A program made the position numbers and the translations under genes. A DNA stretch of 64,000 nt from an uncultured Planctomycetia bacterium (GTDB lineage Bacteria; Omnitrophota; Gorgyraeia; VGKH01; JBHPFN01): the NCBI GenBank assembly GCA_964406665.1, contig CAYOSQ010000004.1:49512-113511 (forward strand), in the 5' to 3' direction. The notes beneath the pieces are model-generated. The model saw only the letters and a list, made by a program, of their open reading frames with translations, was not told the DNA's origin and searched no databases. Below are positions 7,883-16,106 of this stretch, piece by piece (position 1 is the stretch's first letter; the number at the start of each line of letters is the position of its first letter).

Positions 7883-9298
7883 TTACCTCTTCATCTTAAA
7901 CCAGTTAGTTGATAAAGCTATTTTTGCATCGTCAATCAATGTTTTATTTCTTAAACTGTTTTTAAGCTTACGCAGTATATATTTTGGATTCAAATATACT
8001 TCCTGATAAAACTTTCTGTAGTACTCTTCTATTGTAGGCCAAGATAACACTTGGTGGTTATAAATTTCTGACGGGGTAGAATGAAATTTAAACTTCTCCC
8101 AATCATAAGTTTTAATATTTTTTTCTCTGTCAAGTTCGTTAAACAGCTCAGTTGCCGGCAAGGGAATCGTAATATTTACTTTGGCCAGATCAAGATTAAG
8201 GCTCTTGGCAAAATTTATTGTCTGTCGCATTGTCTGCTCAGTCTCTCCCGGAAGACCGAACATAAAATATCCTACAGTTTCCAACCCTGCTTTTTTAGAC
8301 CAATCTACGGCGTTCTTTACTTGCTCTAAGGTTATTCCTTTTTTTACCCTTTTTAATATCTCTTGATTCCCTGATTCGATGCCGAAATAAACACGGTAAC
8401 AGCCTGCCTTCTTCATTTTCTGCAATAACTCAAGATCTACTCTATTAACACGAATCCCTGTAAATGTACTCCAGTCAATATTGATTTTATTCAAGATAAG
8501 TAAATCACATATTTCTTTCGCCCGCTGCATATCTGTGGTAAAGCTATCATCTACTATGAAGACTTCTTTAAAACCCAGCTTTTTAACTCTTACAAACTCT
8601 TTAAGAACTCTTTGGGGTGATTTGGTTCTAAAAGTACTGCCAAAACAATTCTTATTACAAAAAATACATTGATAAACACAGCCCCGAGACGTCTCCACCC
8701 AGGCTACGGGGTTTTTTCTAGCAACAGTGGATGCAACCCTGTATCTATTTATTTCGTAAAGACTATACTCTGGATAAGGCAAGACATCTAAGTCTTCTAT
8801 AAATTCTTTCCTTTCATTGACCACAATCTTGCCATTTTGTTTAAATGCTATTCCTTTTAAATCTGATAAATTTTTGCCTTCAACTATTTCCTGGATGACA
8901 AAATCACCTTCTCCGATAACCGCAATATCTGAGGAAGTCTCTTTTAGCGACGATTCCGGAAACGATGAAGCATGCGCACCCCCGATTACAATAATTATTT
9001 TTTCATTAATCTCTTTGATCTTCTGGGAAATTCTTGCTGCCTCTTTGATTAAAGGAGTTACAAAAGTAATCCCTACGAAATCTGGTTTAAATCTTTCTAG
9101 TATCTTGAAAAAATCTTCATCTTCGTAAATATTAAAATCGAATATCTCCACCTCGTGGCCTTTTTCCATTAAGCTTCCTGCTAAGCAAGCAAGGGCCAAC
9201 GAACAGGTCGACGGAGCGATCCCTTTTGTAATAGTCTTTTCGTAAAACCTCTCAAAGGGTAAATCTAACAGTAATATTCTTTTAGGTTTGAGCGTCAT
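7883..9298 (-). CDS. B12-binding domain radical SAM protein (class B rSAM)
   Basis: N-terminal cobalamin-binding-like domain and a CxxxCxxC motif (CVYQCIFC). It has no C-terminal SPASM-type Cys cluster. Confidence 0.75.
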   Translation of the reverse strand: MTLKPKRILLLDLPFERFYEKTITKGIAPSTCSLALACLAGSLMEKGHEVEIFDFNIYEDEDFFKILERFKPDFVGITFVTPLIKEAARISQKIKEINEKIIIVIGGAHASSFPESSLKETSSDIAVIGEGDFVIQEIVEGKNLSDLKGIAFKQNGKIVVNERKEFIEDLDVLPYPEYSLYEINRYRVASTVARKNPVAWVETSRGCVYQCIFCNKNCFGSTFRTKSPQRVLKEFVRVKKLGFKEVFIVDDSFTTDMQRAKEICDLLILNKINIDWSTFTGIRVNRVDLELLQKMKKAGCYRVYFGIESGNQEILKRVKKGITLEQVKNAVDWSKKAGLETVGYFMFGLPGETEQTMRQTINFAKSLNLDLAKVNITIPLPATELFNELDREKNIKTYDWEKFKFHSTPSEIYNHQVLSWPTIEEYYRKFYQEVYLNPKYILRKLKNSLRNKTLIDDAKIALSTNWFKMKR

Positions 9299-9440
9299 TT
9301 TATTTTCTGAATTAATACAATAGAATTACTCCTCTAAAACCAAAAGCAAAGTCCCGATTTAACTTCGAGAAAGAAGCATTTTGACGAAGAAGACTCGTTC
9401 CTGCAAAGCTCAAGACGAAAGTTCTTAAGCTAACTAAAAG

Positions 9441-9834
9441 TGGAGGTGGCGGGAATCGAACCCGCGTCCTTAGATTACGCAGCAAACGCCTCTACATGTT
9501 TAGTCTATATTCTGTTTGTCGTCTTGGCTCACTCCCATAGACAGGATTAAACCAAAACCAGCCTTTTAAATTTTCATCTTAAGCCCAAAGGCAAAACTCA
9601 AGACTATCCTGCCGTCCCCTCGCGGGGACGTGCACCAACTTAACCCGCAGGCAAGCTAAGCGATGGCCTTGTCTAATTTATGTTAGACTAGGACTTTTTC
9701 AGCCAAGATTTCCTCAGCTTCTGCAACTACGTTGTAGTCTGCATTTGTATTGTGCAAGGTGTTTAACGAGGCCTCCCTGCAACCTCGACATGCGTACACT
9801 TACCCGATAATCTAAATCGAACCCTTTCACCCCC
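9441..9834 (-). ncRNA. ssrA: tmRNA (ssrA)
   Basis: 3' end GGACGCGGGTTCGATTCCCGCCACCTCCA has a T-arm plus acceptor. 5' end GGGGGTGAAAGGGTTCGATTTAG pairs with the 3' acceptor strand. Directly downstream of smpB. A possible tag ORF reads GCA GAC TAC AAC...GTC TAA, giving (A)DYNVVAEAEEILAEKVLV (tentative). The exact 5' end is uncertain and may overlap the smpB stop codon by a few nt. Confidence 0.75.
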
Positions 9835-10279
9835 TTCTTCTTAAAGCACGTTTAACTTCTAAATCTACTTGTTTCTTTTTTAAATCTCGACGCTTATCAT
9901 ACAATCTTTTTCCCTTAACCAAAGCCAGCTCAACCTTTGCACGCCCATTTTTAAAATAAAGTTTAAGCGGCACCAGAGAAAGTCCTTTCTGCGATACTTT
10001 ATCCTCTAGGCGTTTAATTTCCTTTTTATGTAAAAGTAGCCTACGATTTCTTGTCGGCTCAAGATTAAAAAAGCTAGCTTCCAAATAAGGACTTATATGA
10101 ACATTATACAACCAAACTTCTGACGATTCAATTCTAGCAAAACTATCTTTTAAATTAGCCCGAGAATCTCTTAGAGATTTTACCTCCGGCCCCTTTAGCT
10201 CTATCCCGCATTCTAAAGACTCGATTATCGCATAATCCCTAAATGCGCTGCTATTTTTCGCGATAAGTTTCTCGCCCAT
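9827..10279 (-). CDS. smpB: SsrA-binding protein SmpB
   Basis: 150 aa with the SmpB signature region (...GIELKGPEVKSLR...LLHKKEI...) and adjacent to ssrA. Confidence 0.85.
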   Translation of the reverse strand: MGEKLIAKNSSAFRDYAIIESLECGIELKGPEVKSLRDSRANLKDSFARIESSEVWLYNVHISPYLEASFFNLEPTRNRRLLLHKKEIKRLEDKVSQKGLSLVPLKLYFKNGRAKVELALVKGKRLYDKRRDLKKKQVDLEVKRALRRRG

Positions 10280-10290
10280 TAAAAAACCCT

Positions 10291-11250
10291 TTATTTAAAA
10301 AAAGTTAAAAACTGAAAAAGCATCAAGAATATTGGTATAGTAATAATACTTCCGACATGCGTGAAAAATACCCCGTGGCTTACATATACATCTTCAATAT
10401 CATGGTGTCGAGCTATTAATGATAGTGATGTTGCCGAAGGAACCGCCAGCTCTATGAGAATAAGAAATCCCAATAATTGAGGAACCCTTACCAGCGTTAA
10501 CAAAAGCAAGGCACATAACGGTAAAATAATCAATTTAAGCGTACACACAGAAACAATAGCTTTTTTATCTATGTTCTGCAGGCTCACCTGAGCTAAATTT
10601 GCGCCGATTGCAATCATAGCAAGAAAAAGAGTCCAGCTGCCAACGGTGTGCGCGATATCTATGACAATATCAGACACATACTGCTTACAACCAAATGATA
10701 CACCAACCAAAGATATAACCGTAGCGATCACCGGCGGACTAAATAGACTACTTATCCTTAAATCCCTTAATTTACCACCGATGAGATACCGCGTTCCATA
10801 CGACCATACGATTAGATTAAACCCAATTAGAAACAAAAAGATCAGTACGAACAGCTCCCCCGCTACTTCAGAAGAAAAAAGCGTCGCAACAAGAATAAGC
10901 GGTAAGTAGCCAGAATTTTGAAACGTAACAAGGCTTACAAACTGTCTTCGCTGTGCCTGCGATTGTTTTTCTTTTCTAAAACCCAAAAAAGCTTTCGCCA
11001 CAACAAAACCAAAAAGCGTGATTGCAATACTTATAAGTGGATATATCCACCACAGAGAATACTGCTTAAAATCAAATTTACGCAGTATCTCAGAAAAGAT
11101 TAAAAGCGGCAACGTGATATAAATAATAATTGTTGCAAGCGCCCGATTTACTTTTTGATTAAGTATCTTAACCTTAGCAAAGATATAGCCAATACTTCCT
11201 AGAGCAGCAATCTTCGCCATAGCCAAAAGAACAGTCTGAAAAAATACCAT
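10291..11250 (-). CDS. AEC-family (auxin efflux carrier/Mem_trans) membrane transporter
   Basis: 319 aa polytopic membrane protein with an AEC-like N-terminus (MVFFQTVLLAMAKIAALGSIGYIF). Confidence 0.55.
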   Translation of the reverse strand: MVFFQTVLLAMAKIAALGSIGYIFAKVKILNQKVNRALATIIIYITLPLLIFSEILRKFDFKQYSLWWIYPLISIAITLFGFVVAKAFLGFRKEKQSQAQRRQFVSLVTFQNSGYLPLILVATLFSSEVAGELFVLIFLFLIGFNLIVWSYGTRYLIGGKLRDLRISSLFSPPVIATVISLVGVSFGCKQYVSDIVIDIAHTVGSWTLFLAMIAIGANLAQVSLQNIDKKAIVSVCTLKLIILPLCALLLLTLVRVPQLLGFLILIELAVPSATSLSLIARHHDIEDVYVSHGVFFTHVGSIITIPIFLMLFQFLTFFK

Positions 11251-11466
11251 AAATTTCCCCTTTACTAGTGGAGTTATTATACACTAATCCATATCCTAAG
11301 AGCAATTTATATTTAGCGATACTGAGTAAATTTTGTTTTCTAATATTTACGAATGTGTTGACCGTTCTTAAATTATACAGTATACTTTTATATCGTGAAG
11401 AAAATGCCGAAGTGGCCCCAGACGCCTTTGGCGTCAGGGACTATCCGGCGAATCTGGCAAGCTAAT

Positions 11467-11550
11467 GCCGAAGTGGTGAAACTGGCATACACGCAGCGTT
11501 CAGGGCGCTGTTCCTTTACGGGATTGTGGGTTCGACTCCCACCTTCGGCA
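11467..11550 (+). tRNA. tRNA-Leu (anticodon CAG), 84 nt with a long variable arm
   Basis: Hand-folded. Acceptor GCCGAAG/CTTCGGC, anticodon stem-loop CAGCG-TTCAGGG-CGCTG, long variable arm, T-arm GTGGG-TTCGACT-CCCAC. Similar to E. coli tRNA-Leu. Confidence 0.8.
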
Positions 11551-11626
11551 CTTAATTTACCTGTTCTCGTCAAGAAAACCTTCAACCTACCCTCCTTTTG
11601 GCAGTAGAATTGGCAGTATTTCTCCA

Positions 11627-12688
11627 TTAAAACTTTACATCCAACCCTAACTCTTTATCCATCTGCTCTACAATTCTATCGGTAGAATGCGTGTACCATT
11701 CATCGATTGTCCTCGGATCTTTGTGTCCGGTTATCTTAGCGATGTTGATAGAGCTATATCCTCTATCTTTTAGATAAGTAACAACGAAATGTCTGAGCAA
11801 ATGAGGATAATAATTGCGTGTAATACCAAGTTCTTTCATCGCTCTCTTGAGAATCTTGCGGATAGTATCTTTTCCGATGGAAATTCCTTTCAACCTGCCT
11901 TGGTCATCTTTAACTTTGCTCGGAAATAACCAACCAAAAGGACTGTAGAGCTTATGGCGCTTCAAGTAAAGGATATGCTCATTCAACACGATACAATCCA
12001 TCTTAGCCAGCTTCTTAACGCCTTCTTCTTTGTCTTTGTGCTTATATAGATATATTCGTTCATTATCCAATTCAACATCATTGATTTTGAGAGTTCTAAT
12101 TTCATTACGCCTACTTCCGAATCTCGCCATCAGATAGATATATGCGAAGTATTGAAACCTATTTGCTCTGATCCAATCCAATACTCTCATCATTTCATCT
12201 TTTGGTGGTGGTCGCTTTATCTTCTTTTCTAACTTAGGATATTTGACTTCAGAGAATGGATTCTTTACATTTCTAAAGCTGACTTTCCAAAACTCTCTCA
12301 GCAATCTAATAGAATACTTTGCTGTTGAAGGACTATAGCTCTGCAACATATGCTTCTTGAAATCCTCTCCAATCTCTTTTGTGATCCGGTGCAAAGGCAA
12401 TGCAGGATATTTCTTCTGCAAGAAAGCACTAAAGTATCTTTTAACATCGTTATATCGATCGGTTGAAGCAGGAGCGAGCGTCTTTCTGTTTACGAAAATA
12501 TCGAAACTCTCGAAGAAGGAGCTTTGCTTACTCATAGCGCACTCGCCTTCACGCTCAAGCTGTGCAGCGTATTCTTTGGCATCTTTCTTGCGTAAATAGT
12601 CTATTTTGCTGACAGTCGTTGAATGTTCTTTACCGTCAACGCGCCAACATATACGCCAACTCTTTTTTCTGTCAACTACCCAAGCCAT
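11627..12688 (-). CDS. int: tyrosine-type site-specific integrase
   Basis: 353 aa with a C-terminal catalytic region including the HLLRH...Y motif. It lies immediately next to the tRNA-Leu 3' end, in the orientation typical of island integrases. Confidence 0.85.
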   Translation of the reverse strand: MAWVVDRKKSWRICWRVDGKEHSTTVSKIDYLRKKDAKEYAAQLEREGECAMSKQSSFFESFDIFVNRKTLAPASTDRYNDVKRYFSAFLQKKYPALPLHRITKEIGEDFKKHMLQSYSPSTAKYSIRLLREFWKVSFRNVKNPFSEVKYPKLEKKIKRPPPKDEMMRVLDWIRANRFQYFAYIYLMARFGSRRNEIRTLKINDVELDNERIYLYKHKDKEEGVKKLAKMDCIVLNEHILYLKRHKLYSPFGWLFPSKVKDDQGRLKGISIGKDTIRKILKRAMKELGITRNYYPHLLRHFVVTYLKDRGYSSINIAKITGHKDPRTIDEWYTHSTDRIVEQMDKELGLDVKF

Positions 12689-12690
12689 AT

Positions 12691-12861
12691 TACTTGTGTC
12701 CGTTCTTTCTAAAGTCTTGAATTACTTTGTCAGGTTCATATCTCGGATGCTTGCCGATCATAATTGTATCGATCCTGCCTTGCCTTCTGTAGTAATCAAT
12801 AGTTGAGACAGGAATCTTGAGAAGTTTAGATAATTCGAATTTATCAACTAACTGTTTCATA
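12691..12861 (-). CDS. excisionase/AlpA-like HTH DNA-binding protein (56 aa)
   Basis: Hand-translated: MKQLVDKFELSKLLKIPVSTIDYYRRQGRIDTIMIGKHPRYEPDKVIQDFRKNGHK. It is below the ORF-track size cutoff and sits directly upstream of int. Coordinates may be off by 1-2 nt. Confidence 0.5.
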
Positions 12862-12979
12862 CTGGTCTACCTCCACTAAATACTCAGGTTTAGGATAATG
12901 CTTCTCCCATTTTTCTTTAACTGACTGCTTTGATCGTGGCGTATCAAATTCTTTAATCCGGATCGCTTCTTCGCCACGC

Positions 12980-13540
12980 TTAACGACGACCTTGCAATAC
13001 ACCGGCTTTCTCCCTGCTACGATCCCATCTACGGTAATAACCTGATTTTCTTCGCACCTTGCCATCTTTTTTGCCAAGAGGCCTGCCGAGCTTCTTGCCT
13101 TGGCTTCTCGCTCGCTGTAGGCCGGATTTGGTCCTCTCAATGATTCTCTTGCGCTCCTGCGCCGCTACCCAAGCATAGAAGGCAACCAGAACCTCTCCCA
13201 AGCCATCATCTGTAAAATCGAACATTGGCTCTTGCAGACTTTTAATACCTACCTTATTTCTTCTTATTCTTTTGATGTATCCCAAGGTATTAAACATACC
13301 TTCGCGAGAGAATCTGTCTAACGCCCATACAAGGATTAAATCAAACTTGCGCCTCTCTGCATCATGGAGCATGCGAAGAAAGTCTTTGCGATCTCCATTG
13401 CCTCCTGAAGCGTAATCAACATACTCATCAACGATTTCGCCCTGCAATGCATTTGCATAATCCCTTAGCGCTTGAAGCTGATTCTCAGGACTTTGGCTGC
13501 CGTTGTCCTTCGAAACACGACTATAAATTGCTATTTTCAT
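12980..13540 (-). CDS. serine recombinase (resolvase/invertase family)
   Basis: N-terminal catalytic domain MKIAIYSRVSKDNGSQSPENQ with the catalytic Ser. The C-terminus is basic and atypical, with no clear HTH. An ORF at 12844..13140 overlaps it in another frame. Confidence 0.7.
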   Translation of the reverse strand: MKIAIYSRVSKDNGSQSPENQLQALRDYANALQGEIVDEYVDYASGGNGDRKDFLRMLHDAERRKFDLILVWALDRFSREGMFNTLGYIKRIRRNKVGIKSLQEPMFDFTDDGLGEVLVAFYAWVAAQERKRIIERTKSGLQRARSQGKKLGRPLGKKDGKVRRKSGYYRRWDRSREKAGVLQGRR

Positions 13541-13554
13541 AATTACCTCCTTGC

Positions 13555-13761
13555 TTATGGAAATAAAGTTTTAGTATCCTGCTGCAAGATCTCAGCGACT
13601 TGCTGTCTTACAGCCGAGTTAGGAATTTCTTTGCCTGTCTCCCAATCAGAAACTGTCTTTTGCCCTACACCAAGCAGTCTACCGAGTTCCCATTGAGAAA
13701 GCCGTGCGCGCTTCCGGTACAGACTCAACATATTGTCGTATCGCTCGATTCTGTATTGCAT
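13555..13761 (-). CDS. Xre/Cro-CI family HTH transcriptional regulator (68 aa)
   Basis: HTH region LSQWELGRLLGVGQKTVSDWETG. It is divergent from the second Xre gene. Confidence 0.7.
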   Translation of the reverse strand: MQYRIERYDNMLSLYRKRARLSQWELGRLLGVGQKTVSDWETGKEIPNSAVRQQVAEILQQDTKTLFP

Positions 13762-13933
13762 CTGTTCCCTCCTTCTAATTTTATTTATTAGATTGCCAAG
13801 TTAAAAAATATATGCCCTTGCGCTTGTTCTTTCTTACCTACGAATGTAAGTATATACTACTTCAAAATAAAAGTCAAGTTTTATTTTTATCTTTTTTCTT
13901 GTATATGTAAGTAAGTATTGGTAAACTACTTCT

Positions 13934-14248
13934 ATGAGAACATCAAAATACCCAAAGAAAGCTGTAACGATCGGACAAAAGATTCGCAAAGCAAGGATGG
14001 ATCGGAAAAAAGATAAAGACCTGCTCGATGTTGCGAATAAAGTTGGCATAACCGAAAGCTATTTATCGCGGATTGAAGCAGATAAGAATTTGCCCTCAAT
14101 GGATGTTGCAGCGAAACTTGTCGAAGAACTCGGAATAAAGAAAGACGATATCATTCCTGAACTAATGCAAATTAAAATTGCTACCCTCTCAAAATCAACA
14201 GTCCACATCAACGCAAAGCATATCACTTTCAAAAAACCACGCGTCTAA
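13934..14248 (+). CDS. Xre family HTH transcriptional regulator (104 aa)
   Basis: HTH region LLDVANKVGITESYLSRIEADKNLPSMD. It forms a divergent pair with 13555..13761 across an intergenic region carrying TGTAAGTA repeats. Confidence 0.7.
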   Translation: MRTSKYPKKAVTIGQKIRKARMDRKKDKDLLDVANKVGITESYLSRIEADKNLPSMDVAAKLVEELGIKKDDIIPELMQIKIATLSKSTVHINAKHITFKKPRV

Positions 14249-14296
14249 AAGTTTACATCTTGCCAAACAGCCAAAACAGAGATAAAATAAGTCTTA

Positions 14297-14566
14297 ATGA
14301 AAACTCTCGTAGAAGGTGTCGATTTCGTCTACTTCTCCCCCTACCCTGCCTGCAAAGAGCCCTACAAAGTCGATCCCAAGGAAGTAAATCCGGTTTTCAA
14401 AGATATTTTGCATAAAGCATGGCTTGAGGCGGAAGCTCAGCTTCCCTCATGGGAGTTTCCTGAATACGATGTACCAATTTTACAGAAAAAGATCTTACAA
14501 GAACAATATGGGATCAGCTTGCGGACTGTTCATGAGCTAAATCCTGAGATGCCGGTAGGATATTAA
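14297..14566 (+). CDS. hypothetical protein (89 aa)
   Basis: Element cargo. No recognisable motif. Confidence 0.4.
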   Translation: MKTLVEGVDFVYFSPYPACKEPYKVDPKEVNPVFKDILHKAWLEAEAQLPSWEFPEYDVPILQKKILQEQYGISLRTVHELNPEMPVGY

Positions 14567-14576
14567 GGAGTCTTGC

Positions 14577-15005
14577 TTGAATATTAAATTCTTTAAAGCG
14601 TGTAATACCTGTAAGGCACGATATCTCCTATATCATCTCAAATCAGATTGTTTATTTGCCCAAGGAGTATTAAAACAGTTAGACGAAGTCAGTGAGAAAA
14701 CTGGACAAGAAATTGTTGACTCGACAAAAGATATGGATGCAAAGGCAACTTTTTTAGAATGGAGCAGATGGAAAAGTGCGCCATTCATAGTAATCACTTC
14801 AGCGTTTGCAATAGGAGTCCCCTTGCTTTGGGTGCAAAAACTTGAAGCGGTAGCTTGGATTCTTATAGTATTTTCAGTTATTTCCTTTATGCTTTACGCC
14901 ATCTTTCTTTCACAAGGTGGCTTCGACCAACTATATAAGCTACTCATTGTTAATGATATATCAAAAAGGGTAAATCCAACTAAACAAAATAAAAATGATG
15001 GCTGA
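14577..15005 (+). CDS. hypothetical membrane protein (142 aa, 2 predicted TM)
   Basis: N-terminal Cys-containing region and two hydrophobic helices. Confidence 0.45.
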   Translation: MNIKFFKACNTCKARYLLYHLKSDCLFAQGVLKQLDEVSEKTGQEIVDSTKDMDAKATFLEWSRWKSAPFIVITSAFAIGVPLLWVQKLEAVAWILIVFSVISFMLYAIFLSQGGFDQLYKLLIVNDISKRVNPTKQNKNDG

Positions 15006-15282
15006 GAGTATTTTATTTCTTTGGGGTCTTTATTATTTTGTCTGCAAGGTCGATTATAAACGCTTTAAAGATACTTGGGTAAATCTTCTTAAAGGCATAG
15101 GGTTTTTGTTGTGCGGAAAAGTAATGGGAATCTTCATGACTTCTCTCTATGCAGGTGGTGCGGATAGCTATAGGGTAGATATGGTTTTCGGCTTGCCATT
15201 ACTTATATGGACTATTGTAAAAGTAGCAAAGCTATTCAATGAAAGAGATGAGTTAAAAAGAAGTCGCAATAAGGAGAAATAA
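14995..15282 (+). CDS. hypothetical small membrane protein (95 aa)
   Basis: Hydrophobic segments; overlaps its neighbours in an operon-like arrangement. Confidence 0.4.
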   Translation: MMAESILFLWGLYYFVCKVDYKRFKDTWVNLLKGIGFLLCGKVMGIFMTSLYAGGADSYRVDMVFGLPLLIWTIVKVAKLFNERDELKRSRNKEK

Positions 15283-15283
15283 A

Positions 15284-15778
15284 ATGAGAAAACTATTACT
15301 TGTTTTAATGTGTTTGATGTTGGCTGGGTGTGCGAGTGGTCAAGTCGTAAAACTTTCGCCTGATACTTATATAATTTCACGCACCAGCTCAGCAGGAGCA
15401 TTCACGAATATGGCTCGGTTAAAAACCAGAGTTATTCAGGATGCAAATGATTTTGCCGAGAAACAAGACAAGGTTGCTATCCCCCTATCATACGATTGGC
15501 ATCGACCAGCTCAAGGATTTCCTACGGTTGAATATCAATTTAGGGTAGTAGATAAGGATGATCCTGAGGCAAAGCGAGCACATTTAGTCCCAAGACCTGA
15601 TATTACAATTCAAAGAGATGATTCAATTGATGCAGATATAGATATTGATATGAAAGATGTGACCGAAGAAAGCTCTGATCTTTATACAGAGTTAATGAAG
15701 TTAGATGATTTGAGAGCACGAGGTATTCTAACCGATAAGGAATTTCAAATCCAAAAAGAGAAATTGCTTAATAGATAA
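15284..15778 (+). CDS. lipoprotein with a C-terminal SHOCT-like domain
   Basis: Lipobox LMLAGCASG. The C-terminus LMKLDDLRARGILTDKEFQIQKEKLLNR matches the SHOCT short C-terminal motif. Confidence 0.55.
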   Translation: MRKLLLVLMCLMLAGCASGQVVKLSPDTYIISRTSSAGAFTNMARLKTRVIQDANDFAEKQDKVAIPLSYDWHRPAQGFPTVEYQFRVVDKDDPEAKRAHLVPRPDITIQRDDSIDADIDIDMKDVTEESSDLYTELMKLDDLRARGILTDKEFQIQKEKLLNR

Positions 15779-15789
15779 GGAGAAATGAA

Positions 15790-15960
15790 ATGAAAAAAGA
15801 AACGCTTTTACAGATTATATTATTGCTGGTAGTAAGCGGTATAATCTTTGTTATTGTCTACCCCAAATATGATATTGCCTGCACATATGGAACCTGCTTT
15901 AAGCTAAACAAATTTACTGGTAACTCAACCTATTACTTGCAAGGCGAGTGGCATAAATAA
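15790..15960 (+). CDS. small membrane protein (56 aa, below ORF-track cutoff)
   Basis: Hand-translated: MKKETLLQIILLLVVSGIIFVIVYPKYDIACTYGTCFKLNKFTGNSTYYLQGEWHK. Confidence 0.35.
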   Translation: MKKETLLQIILLLVVSGIIFVIVYPKYDIACTYGTCFKLNKFTGNSTYYLQGEWHK

Positions 15961-16106
15961 AATGCCAAGAGGCGTAAGAAACGATGAGCTTTGGGAAGCT
16001 TATAAGAAAACATTTGGCTGTGGTGATAAGGGCTTAACTTTCATCGTTGTTTTTATACTACTGCTTGGATTTATTTTAGTTGTTTTATTATAAGAAAGGA
16101 GTAATT

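Noticed and set aside
11388-11627. ORFs 11388..11627(-), 11395..11607(+) and 11268..11465(+)
   Set aside because: They overlap tRNA-Leu and its flanks. The GC-rich tRNA sequence creates open frames by chance.
12844-13140. 98-aa ORF overlapping the 3' part of the serine recombinase gene in another frame
   Set aside because: It is probably an overlapping shadow frame or a frameshift remnant. No independent RBS or motif supports it. It is kept only as a note under the recombinase finding.
13472-13791. Small plus-strand ORFs 13472..13696 and 13600..13791, and 13834..14049(-)
   Set aside because: They overlap the Xre genes and their intergenic control region, and have no RBS or motifs.
15168-15401. 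77-aa minus-strand ORF
   Set aside because: It is antisense across the junction of two plus-strand element genes, with low-complexity sequence.
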